Shown: piece after piece, positions 48,903 through 61,000 of the stretch
Layout: each line of letters opens with the position of its first letter
Numbering within the stretch: the first letter of the stretch is position 1
NCBI RefSeq assembly: GCF_048593235.1
Contig: NC_133617.1
Location: 260,050,937 to 260,114,936 of the forward strand
Direction: 5' to 3'
DNA from: Sminthopsis crassicaudata
Taxonomy: Eukaryota
DNA: 64,000 nucleotides
The notes under the pieces: generated by a model
Told to the model about the DNA's origin: nothing
Databases searched by the model: none
The model's input: only the letters and a program-made list of their open reading frames with translations
Program-made: the position numbers and the translations under genes

Positions 48903-51900
48903 TTTCATGCCATCACTAACTATTGGAACAATGATTTCCTCCTCTCCCTCCCCAAACTTCTTATTTGTTATGAGACATAGTACTTTAAGATCTGGTTTGG
49001 AATGGGAAAATAATCCTTTTTGAATATGACTGGAAAGCAGGATTTTGAAACTGGGTGATAAAGAGTTAGTTTCTTTATGGATTCGTAGAGCTATTAAAAA
49101 TAATGTAATAATCCATTGTTGGCTTTTGGTCTTCTTAATATTGACTCTAGTTAGCTAGCTCTATTATACCCTGCCATCTAAGTTTGAATCTCCTGTTCTT
49201 TTGTCCTCTTGCTGTTTATGCCTTGCCTGATCCCAAGCCTTGGCTATCCTACCATCTGTTTCTTAAGTGCTAAATCTAAATCTAGGAGTCTTTTTTCTGT
49301 TTTCATTCACACTGATCATGTTATAATACTTTCTATTGGACAATATGCCTTCTCTGGGTTTTCATAATGCTGTTTTCCCTTTGATCTGCTCCTATCTGTT
49401 TGTTATCTCTCAGCATCCTTTGTAGGTTCATCATCCTTGTCCTGTACCCTTATGTAGGAATAAACAAGGCTCTGTCCTGAACCTTTTTCTCTTCTCTTTC
49501 TATACCCTATAACTCTTGGTGGCCTCAATCTACAGTTGGTATGTGTCCTCCTTAGAGAAAAGATAAAGCTAGAATTCAGGAACCAAGAAGAAATGTGTTT
49601 TTAGTGAAGAGGGATATCTCTTCCTCTTAGAATTATAAGAAAGGTAACAGGTATAGCTAAAAAGTGATTCAGTAGGGGTGAAAGTGAGGTAATTTATATT
49701 TGATGTCCTCAATCTATATGATATAGAACAAAACTTATATGGGATGTAACTGAATGTGGAGATCACAAAATTACAATTTATTATTAGCAAATGTTTAATT
49801 TGCATACCTATTTTATATACCTATTTATATACATATATATAGGGTTCACTTGGGTGAAAAAGGATTGTAAGTGGAAAAAGTTTAAGAAGCCCTGATATAG
49901 GAGATCAGGTACAACCAAAGATAAAGGGAGGGAAAGTAAATGGAGAAGTCAGACATTTAGAGGAGAAGGTCTGGAACAATTTCTGAGCAGTCAATGATGG
50001 ATATATTTATGTGTTTTTAAGTAGCTATTAGATAAGTATGTTCCAAGTGCCCTGACAATGAATGCATGAAATCATCTTGAAAATGGAACTAAAATTCACT
50101 TTTAATGATCCCACCCGACTCTGGTTTATGGAAGATAGAATGTTTCACTTGGAGAATTTGTGTAGATAACTGTAGTTAGTATTTTAAATAATAAAAAGAC
50201 CTTTGGGAAAGAGGTATTCAAAATTTTACTACTTCTTTCTTTGCTTCCAGACAGAGAACTAAAATGTGTATTATTTTACTATTTTTTTCTTCAGTCATTT
50301 GTGTCAGTTAAGATTCTCTCTACCTAGTAAACAAACTTTGGATAAACTGGGTATTTGATAGCCTTTTCCCACCTATATATATCAGAACTGATGAACCTAG
50401 TTTTTAAATTTATTTTTATCACTAATTTTTAAAAGTGAGTTTCAAATTTTCTCCCACTTTGTAATCATTCCCTCCACCATTGTGAAGGCAAGAAATGTGA
50501 TATGAATTATACTTGTAAAATCATATGAAACATTTCCATATTAGTCATGTTGCAAAAAAGCAAGAAAAATAAAGAAAATGAAAATAAATTATGTTTCCAT
50601 TTATTTTTAGATTTTGTCAATTTTTTTTCTCTAGAGATATCATTTTTCATCATTTGTCTTTCAGAATAGCTAAAGCATTCATGTTGTTATTGCATATAAT
50701 GTTTTCCTGGTTCTTGATCCTAATTCTCTAAGACAGGTTTCTTTTACTTCTTAGCTGTGGGAGAAAGAGAGACTCTAGTTCTTTATTTATTCTATGATCA
50801 TTTGTGCTACAGAAATTGTTGCAACTGATGCAGCAACCAAAATTTCGGTACTCTTTTAAGTGGAAAGATGACTTTTTAGGAAACTTGTTGCCCCTATGTT
50901 TCAGGCTTGTTCTATGGGTACACAGAAAAATAGTGTGATGAGAGCCTGGCCCTTTCCATTCTTTTAGATCTTAGGTTTGTTTCCCTGCAGATAAATCTAT
51001 ATTAGTACTCTGGTTTTTATAAGAATTAGTACATTTAGTCATGGATCATGTAATTTAACTTACATCAAAAATGCATTTTTAGAAAGTGTTAAGGAAAATG
51101 TCCTTGAATCATTAGTTGAAAATGGAAGAGGCAATCAGAGGCAGGGTTTCATAGGATCAAAGGCTCTAAAACTAGAAAGGGCTTTAGTCTATCTAGTTTA
51201 GCTTTGTCATTTTTCACAAAAGGAAACTGAGGCCATAGAGAGGAAAGGACTTGCATCAAGTCCTATGAGTAACAGAGTCAAGATTTAAACATCATGCTTA
51301 AAAATTCAATTTCTCAATAATCAGTTGCTAATTGTTATTTAAGACAATCAGATCTGCTTTCTTGGATCATATTACTGGAAGAGACCTTAGATGTTATATT
51401 ATCTAGCACCTTATGAAACTGAAGGCTCATTAACTTCCACTGTTCTCATATTGCTTTCTGGAGCCACAAAGAATAAGTCTAGTCCTTTCCTCCCATGACA
51501 AGCTTTAAATTTTTGAAGTTACTATTGTGTCCACATAGCAAGTCTACAATAGAACTAGACTGGAGTCCAAGCTTCCTGTCTCACACCAATGTACCAATTT
51601 CTTCAGATGAGGCAGTGTGGTGGAGACACCTGCCAAGGGGAAAAGTGGCAATAAAATTGAAAGTTCTGGTGCTGATAGATGATAGGAAACTATGTCAGGT
51701 CTGCTTCTGCATGCCAAGGAGGAAACAGGTGAGAAGGCAGGCAAACTCCCTGACATCTCTCTATTCCTGGTAAGAACTAAATTCCTTTTAAACACAAATA
51801 CTTTCAAAATTCTCTAGCTTTAAACAGCATTACTTTAATTATACTACTTAAGATATCAACCATAATCTAATCAAACAATATGTCATGATACTGCTTTTTA

Positions 51901-52500
51901 AATGAAAATGGAGAAGATATTTCTAATTTTCCTATCCTTTATCTTTTGTAAAATAAGGGCAAACTTAGAGAGGAGCTCTGAAAAATTATGGACCTTTTAA
52001 ATTAATTGTTCATGGAATCTCCATCTATTCCACACTAACTTATTTATGTTATTTTTTTTCCCTCTTGAAGAGCAATATGCTATAGGGGAAAGATACTAGT
52101 CTCTGATTTTGTATTTCTCACTGATTAGTTCTGTGATCTAACTTATCCAGATCTTGATTTTTTCATTGAAAAAAAAAAACATTATTGGACTGGGTAACTC
52201 CTTTCTTGCTCTCTAATTCTGTGATTTTAGAGAAGAAGGCTGAGGATGACAGATATAGGTATTTTGATTATGAGATGGTGATAATAGCAATTATGAGACT
52301 GAAGAAGCAATTAATCACCCAGAATTTATTAAGCTCCTAAAGTGTGACAAGTGCCACAATAGGCTATGATGATATAAAGACAAAAATGAAACATCCTTGT
52401 CTTCAAAGAGCTTGCATTCTATCGAAGGACAAAGAAATATCCCTTAATATATGCATACATAATTTTGTACAAAAATACCTAAAATAAATATAAATTAAAA

Positions 52501-52640
52501 TTTTTTGAGGCAATGGGGGTTAAATGACTTGCTCAGAGTCACACAGCTAGGAAGTGGTAAATGTCTAAGGTCAGATTTGAACTGAGGTCCTACTGAATTC
52601 AGGATCAGTGCTCTATCCCCTGGGCCACCTCGCTGCCCCC
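52501..52640 (-). mobile_element. Marsupial CORE-SINE (WSINE-like)
   Basis: Reverse complement of the family at 5361-5506. Confidence 0.8.
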
Positions 52641-55600
52641 ACAAGTCAGATTTTTAAAGAGGAAGAATATTACATGAAGCAAGCACTCCCTATTCTTTTT
52701 GACAACCAAGGACTTTTCCAAATGGAAGCACACCATTGTTAAATCAAGAAAAGGACTTTTCTGATTCTCTCAGTTGTGAGGACTGACTTATTTTTATTTT
52801 TGCATGTATCTTGGTGCATGGTAGCTGTTTAATAAATAAATGTTTGTTGAGATTATTTAAATCAATTCTTTCCTGTCAAAAGGAAAGTTACTTCTCCTTT
52901 CCATTTCTCTTGGAATATGTATTATGGACTAAGAAGACCTAGGTGTTTTTGTAGCAGAACAGAGAGAGCAAATTTTGCCAAGCGAGTATTCCTTAGAAAA
53001 TCTAACCAATGTCCAACAGATCCAAGATTGAAAATTTTGATCCTTTCCACTTAATTCCAATGCCCTTTTCCTAATAGTCCTAGGCCAGGAGAACCTGTAT
53101 TGATTTGCATGGCTGTTAAAGAAAGACCACCTAAAATTGAAAACAATGATGCATTAAAGGTTCATTCTGCATTTCCTTGAGACTCAAACTTCTATTAACC
53201 CCAGTGGGAATTCTGAGTCTGGGATGAGAGAGGAAACATGGGCCCTTATAGAGTGCAGAGCTTCCTGTAAGGCTACCTGCTGTGCTTGGCTCTAGGCCTG
53301 CCTGGGAAATTGTGCCAAGACCGGAGATGGCTGTGAAATCATAAGGCCCCAGGGATATTTTCTCCTCCAAAAAAGCAGGGTGGGGAGCCTAGCTGCAATT
53401 TTATTGGAATACTTGGAGCAGACCACCAAACATGGTATCCATTCCTTTATGACCTTTTGGTTATAATCTTCTATGATCTTGGGTTCAGCAGGTATTCTGA
53501 AGAGGGAATAGTTAAACATTTAGAGGATTTAGAAAAAATATATTATTTAAATGAGAGATTCTTAATTTGAGGGCCACAAACATGTTTAAAAATATTTTAA
53601 AATTTTTTGTGCATTTAAAAATATTATTTTGAGAAAGTCTTCACCAACTTGACAAAGGGGTCTATGATACATAAAGCTTTTGAGTTAGATAGTCCATAAT
53701 AGGTGAATAATAAAGGAGAATTTTTTGTGTGTTTTCTGAACGTCTTGACCATTTAAAAATAAAATTGTTGGATCCCATTGAATTTGCTAAATAAAAATAA
53801 ACCTTAAAATTAGATAAATTTTAATTTGTTAAGAAATTACTAATTATATGTAATAATTTCTTCTCCTTCAAGGAGAGCAGCATGATTTCCAAAGTTGCTG
53901 GCAAATCTTATTATCTCCATTTTGGAGCTGAAGAGCTCCTGAGGCAACTGTTAAAAAATTAAGGCTCTGAAAGTTTCTTTCCATCAGATGGGTTTATATA
54001 TTTTCTGGAAAGATGCTGACTTTGTTTTTAGGCTAAGTAATGAATAGCAATATTATGGTATCTCTTATAAACAAAATGCTCTTAGGTTGTTTGGCTCTTC
54101 ATATTTCCTAATTTAGAATTGCCACAATATCCAGGAATTCTCATTTTCTGGTTCAGAATCAGAAATCTTTATGAGTTCTCATGATTCAGTTGAAAGTAAA
54201 AGGAAATGAGCTTCAGACGTTTTCCTTGAACACTCTGCTTGTGAGCAGGAAGTCCAACAGTGTCAACCGAAAACATGGGCATCGTCAGATCTGGGGAAAA
54301 AAATAAAAAAATAAAACCTGGGAGTCTAACAGATTCTCTGTCTTCTACTGTATGCTCTCCAACCTTCTTTAGAATTCCTTACTTAAAAGGCAAATTGATG
54401 AGAAGAAAGCCAAGAAATAGGTGAAAACGCAGTTAAAATGATGGAATTTCAGTACCAAATTTACATAGAAAGTAAACCTTCTCCAAAGAGCTATAATAAT
54501 CCTTTATCCAAATATAATTAACAATTATTGCTTTAGTACTTTAAAAGGGTGATAGAAGTGACAAGGATAGTATGGCTTAAAAAAATAAAGAGATTTAGCT
54601 TCTGGATATATTTTCTTCTATCTCTGACTTCTTATGTGACCTTAACACAAATAATTCCTCTATTCTTATCTCTAAAAAGGAATTCATTTTAGTATTTTAT
54701 AAAATTAAAGTAAAATAATACATTTGAAAAGTCTGTGATGCTTGGTTTGAAAATTTTATAAGGTTTAGGCAGTAGTATGTAAGTTTCAGTGATGGCATAT
54801 TCCTAGTGGAAAACCCACTCTGAAATAAATTTTTCAGACTCTTTTAAGCATATAGGGTGATGTTTCACTATTCTGTAACTATGATTTTTGTACTTTACTT
54901 CAGCTCTTGTACATCTAATAGATCTACTATGCTAATAGCCTAGTGGTAACCTGGGTTCTTAAAGGTCTTGCCAAATTGGAAGGGCTTTTAGCAATAGAGT
55001 TTTTAATCTGTCATTGGAGGACTGCTTTTGCTCAACTCAGAGAGGCTAATCATTAGAAGATTAGCCCCTGAATAATACATATTTTTTGGCCAAAGATACT
55101 CATGGAACCATATCCTAAAAAGACTAGAATGGGTTCTCCTTTGGTGGATGAAATTACAAATGTTGTTTTGAAGTTTTGTTCTTCATTTTTGAAAATGTTT
55201 ATTCATTCATGGGCTGACATTGCCTCTCAAAGATTTTGTCATGCTTTCAATGATCTCAAGCTGCTTCTATGATATTAAAATCCATTTCTTTGACATCAGT
55301 ATTTTTCCAGCGATATTGTGTGTTTGAGGATCATGAAACAAACATGAATTCTGAAGAATTAAATTATGAGTGACTCAAAAAGCAACGGAAAAATACCTGG
55401 CAGGCATGATAGGCATAAAGAGGCTACAACTTATTGTCAATGATGATTTGCAACAAAATATGCTATAAAAGACAGTATTTAGGAAAGGTGTCATTGGAAA
55501 GAGAACTGGGATGTTTAGTGAAAATAAAGAATAGCAGATGAACAGAAGAAGATTTCTATTAATTTTTCTAGGCAATGTCAAGGAGTGGATTGAGAACTGG

Positions 55601-57829
55601 CCTATGTGACAGGGAGAACTAGATTCAAATCCAACTTTTGAAACACCATTGATAAGGGATCCCAGACAAATCACTCCATTACTTTATCTCCTGAACAAGT
55701 CTCTAAAATGTTGGGTGCTGTTAAGCATTGATAGAGGAAGAAAAAGTTACTCAACAGAGGATCCTTTCAACAATGAAATTATAGGTCTAGTTAAAATAAA
55801 AACAAAAACCAAAAAAGAAGGAAAGAAAAAGAAAAGGAAAACTACTTCCTAGGATTACTGAAAGATTCAAATGAAATAAGATAACATGTAAAGTGCTTTG
55901 TGAACTTTAAAGTACTGAAAAGTTAGCTTTTATTTTTTGTCTAAAAGTTTATGAGAAAGAATAGGCAAGAATTGCACTGAAAAAGAAGGCATGGATAAAT
56001 TGCAATGTGAGATGTTAAAGAGGTTAAACCTATAGGTAAAATTATAGATCCTTAGCAATAATGAAAACTGTTCAGTCCTTAACACAGAGCATATTTATGG
56101 TTGTCTACCACAAAGAGAACTTATCCCTAAGATAACTATAAAGTAGGAAAAGAAATGGTCACTGTCTTGAACAAATTTACATTCATTTTAAGAATGACAG
56201 TGTGGTATAGTGGAGAGAGGGCTGTGTGATCACTGGCAATTCATAACCTCTCAGTGTTCCAGGCAAATCTCTAAGATGATAAGTGCCAGACAATTTGTCA
56301 GTCAGCATCATTGGAGTACGTTTCTATGCAGAATGGTCCTTGTATCAATTAAATAATGATAGATTTGAACAAAAATAAGAATAATATTTACATTTTATTA
56401 TTCTCCGATTCTCTAAAGTAGGCCATTTGATGACCTACTTTATCACATGATTGAAATTAATAATTTCTTCTTAGTCACTGTGCAATCCTGATTTTAATTG
56501 TAACAGATTCCTTTGGATATCATGATGCATTCCTTAGAAAGGAAGTTTAAAAGGACCTCTTTTTGCTAGATTGCTGACCTTGACCTCCTGGGGCAAAAAT
56601 TCCTGTTTTCCTATGTTTTTAAAGGAAACACGTTTCAGAAAAGCTCTCAATCCCTGTTACAGTGGGGTTTCTTAAAATCTGTTTGGAGAGACAACAATGG
56701 AATTCTGGGAAAGATCTGACATAAACCATTTTCATCCGATCTCTCATCAGAGAGAAGTGTTTGTTTATTTTGCTCCAGGCACCATATTCCTATGTATGTG
56801 CTATTATTAGATTCCTTTGAACTAGGAGAGTGCTATCTCATGGAGTTTGTTGCATTAGTAAAACTTTAAGATTGTTTTCCTGACACATATTCAAGAACAC
56901 ATGAAAAGGAGAAACACCTTTCTGTTGAAATTGATTTTAAAGACTTGCAGACCAACTTTCTAAATACACTGCACAAATAATGAAATTTGTTTATTTTACT
57001 GTGTCTTTCAAGTGTCTTTAGACAAAGAGACTGTAAAAGGAAATTTGACTGCATTTGACATCCAAGTAATTTATATTGCTTCTGGATCAAAGCAATAGAG
57101 AAAAGACTATTGTTACTTAGCTCCACTGTCCTGTCTCATTCTTCTTCTTTTCCATCTCTTGCTGAAGGTAAATGTGTGAGAAGAAAGGGAAGTATCAAAC
57201 CAACCTGGCACACAGATGAGGATGCATATTTCCTACATTTGATTGATGATGGTGGAATTAAGTAGGGAATGAAAGAATAAGGAAAGATTTTAAAGAAGCT
57301 ATAAAAGTAAAAGTAAAAAATGGGGGGAAAAGACAGATTCTATTACATTCAAAACTTGCTTATTTTGATATTGGTCTCCAAAGTAAAAAATTTAATCATT
57401 CAGAAAAGATAATTTGGTTATGGAATTCCAGTAAAATTCTTAATTTTTTCCAATACCTTTTTGGGGTAGGTGGGATGGGGATTAGATTTTTTTTGTTGAT
57501 ATAGGAGCTAGTGAGAAAACATTTTCTACCAATGTAGATCACAATTGTTCTGCCACTGAAAGTCATTTTTTGTCACTGAAAGTCTTACAGAGCTATCTGG
57601 AACACTGAAAAACTAAGGGACTTACCTAGGGTCACATAATATTTGGTTCAGATCAGATTTAAATCCTAACTTTGGGTCTGAGTTGCTATTAAATTCATCA
57701 TAATGGTTTTTCATTTAACAAAGAATAAGAGATAACTCACATTTCAATAGTACTTCAATAATATTGAGAACTTTACTAGGAACATATTATTTAATTTATT
57801 CTTCCTAATAATCCATTAAGGTAGGTATC

Positions 57830-58050
57830 AGGAGGTGATGCAGTGGATAGACTGTTGGACTTGGAGCCAGGAAGACCTGTATTCAAATTATGCGTCAGAA
57901 ACTTATGAGTTTTCTATCTATAGGCAACTCATTTAACATATTGCTGCCTCAGTTTCCTTATCTAAAAATCACACCTGCCTCCAAGGGTTATTGTGAGGAT
58001 CAAAGGAAACAATATTTGTAAAACATGTTATGCACTTTAAATCACTATAT
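57830..58050 (+). mobile_element. MIR-type SINE (similar MIRs at about 55590-55910 and 59490-59710)
   Basis: gcagtggatagactgttggacttggag...ttcaaat...gcctcagtttcct...gggttattgtgaggatcaaa. Confidence 0.7.
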
Positions 58051-61000
58051 AAATGTCTTCCTTATCATCCTCCTCCTCCTCATCTCCCTCCTTTTTCTCT
58101 TTTTCCTTTTCCCCTTCTTCCTCTTCCTCTTCCTCTTCCCATTTTCTAACTGAGGAAGCTGAGGTTCCAATGAGAGGCTAAATTGACTTGCCCAAAGGAA
58201 CACAATTTCCTCATCTATAAACAAGAATCTCTACATATGTAAACTGAAGCTCAAAGACTCTTCTCATTGGCAGAATTTGATTCTCATGAGAGAATCTTAA
58301 AAAGGATATATTTTCTGATATATTTCTGAGTTGTTATATATCCTGAAAAAGATATATTTTCTTTTTCATACAGAGTGGCTTCCCAGAAAAGAAAGAAAGG
58401 CTATAGAGGACACATGATTAAAACTACATATCTTTTCTCTCTTGAAACTAGCATCAAGAAGCTCTTCTCTCTTCTCTCAAACTCTACAATTCTTCTGCTC
58501 ATTGGAGGAACATTGAGTAATCAGTCTCCAACAAGGCAAGTCTTATGCAAATGGTGTTTTGTCTTCTTGTTACACATATACAAGGTGACTCAAAGGTTGC
58601 TGCAGTTTTAAACTTACTAAACCTTATACAGTGCTAAGATCTTTGGGACAAATCGTCCCAAATTGCTTGTACAAATAAATTATATCCATATGCCTATATT
58701 ATATGTACATATATAGGTATATACATACATGTGTGTTTATATTTATAGAACAGAACAACAAGAGATGTTACAAAGTAAGGTAGAATTGATCATATTTCAA
58801 ATAGATGGATAATGAGTACTTTGAGTCCAGATGGAAGGCTACAGCTTTGTAGCTTGTATTAGTAATGGATAGGATTAATGGATAGGATTTGTAAAAGTGG
58901 AGAGAAGAGATACCAGTGCAAGTAAAAGTGTATCAGAGATATCATGAGGTCTTTTCCAATTCCAAAGCTGATTCTGATTCTCTGAATGACTGGGATAAAT
59001 GATTTAACTTTTCTATATGAGAAGCAATGTTGCACAGAGGATGGAGTACATGAGATGGAATCAGGAGGAACTTGAGTTCAAATATCTTCTATGACTGTGT
59101 TTAAGCACTTGACCCCTAATTTCCTCATCTCTAAATGTAAATAACAATATTTATATTACTTATCTTCCAGAGTTGTGAAGTTAAAATGAGATAGGGTAGT
59201 ATTTACTACTTGAAAACTTTGCAGCATTATGTAGATGCCATTTGTTAATATACTGATGAAAATATAAATTATTACTATGAAAATGTTTTGAATTCTTAAG
59301 AAAAGTAATAAAACTATATTATAATTCACCAAATATATTTTAGGGACTTGGAGTTTTGGCACATATGAAGCCCAAATAGTTAAAACTACTGAGTTGGACT
59401 TTAGAAAATAATAATAGAAGAGATAGGAGGTACACAGGTGTGGAACATTGCATATATATTCAGATTTTTCAATATGTTTATTGGTTTAAGCAGGTAAATG
59501 TACAGGGATAGAGTGCTGGACTTGAAGTCAAGAAAATCTGAGTTCAAATCTAACCTCACAGACTTACAAGGTGTGTGATCTTGATTTCACTCTACTCTCA
59601 TCTATAAAATGAGAATAATAATAGTACTTATATTTCAGGGTTGTTATGGGATCAAATGAGATATTTGTTAAGTGCCTGGCATATGATAAATGCTTAGTAA
59701 ATATTTGTTTTTTCCTCTCTCATTTTTTCTTTTGAAAATATTCTTTTTGTATAGATTGGCTCCTTGAGAGAGATGAGGGGAAATTTAGGTGACATAAAAG
59801 ATATCAATTCCTTTTTGGGAGAGGCAATCAGGGTTAAGTATCTTACCCAGTGATAGTAAGTGTCTTTCTATAGATAATAAGAGTCTGAAACTGAATTAAC
59901 TCCAGGACCAATACTCTATCCATCCCACTCCCTATCAGTTCCTACAAAATTTACTTTTAAAACTATAGCAATAGATCAGGAGGAAGATGGTGATGGATAG
60001 TAGAATGGAGAGGGGGAATGATGAATTCTTTTAAAAAAGCATTTGTTGCATAGATATACAAAGTAGCAATGTCAAAGTCTCAGCTCCTGCATAATACAAA
60101 GTTCTAATGGTAGTCTAAGAAAATAAAATTCCTGTATTCTAGCAGTTTAAAGACTACATTGACTATTTTAAATTAAATATGACAGAGAAGAAGCATCTCC
60201 AAATAACGACAACAATACAATAGTGCCTCAAATATCTATGCTTGGCATTTGTCCAACATTTTTTCAAGGACTTGGAAGAAAAACTTATTTACAATATTTT
60301 AAAAAAAAAAGAAAATAAAAATTATGGAATTATTTAATATCTTACCTTATATTTGTATGACCTATCTTGTATGGTTGTTTTGAAGAAAGTGCTTTGTAAA
60401 TCTTAAAGTGCTATAGAAATGGAAGTTATTTCATCCAATATAGTTTTCAAAATTGTGATACAATTCAAATCAAATTAAGCCATTCTTTAATGAGATGAGA
60501 AAACTTAAAAATTGGAATTGGGGATAGGAATGTGTTTTATTCCTAATTGTTGGTGCTTCTATAGAAAATATATTTTTTCTTTCTTTTTTTTCCCCTTAAG
60601 TTCTCTGTAGTTCTGAAAGCTTTCTAAAATAATAAATTATAGACCAGGTTGCTGTTTACATAAGCAGAAGGAGTTCCTAAACTAAGATTTCTTATACTGC
60701 TAAAATTTCAGGCCCTTGACCTATCAACACACTGATGTATTCTTGCTGATGGACTTGAAAGCCCATCAAAGATGGACAAAAATGGCTTATTATATGCTTG
60801 AAAAAAATACTAGTACATGTTCTCCATAACCTTCTACATGGGCCTCAATAGATCTGCTCAACCATATGGTCTAATAATATAATTAGCACTTATATAATAT
60901 TTCATATTTTTGTAGTGATTTGTCCATATCTCATTTGGGCCTTACAACTTTGAGATAGGTTCTGCAATTATTTTAGCTCCATTTTGCTAAGTAAATGGAG

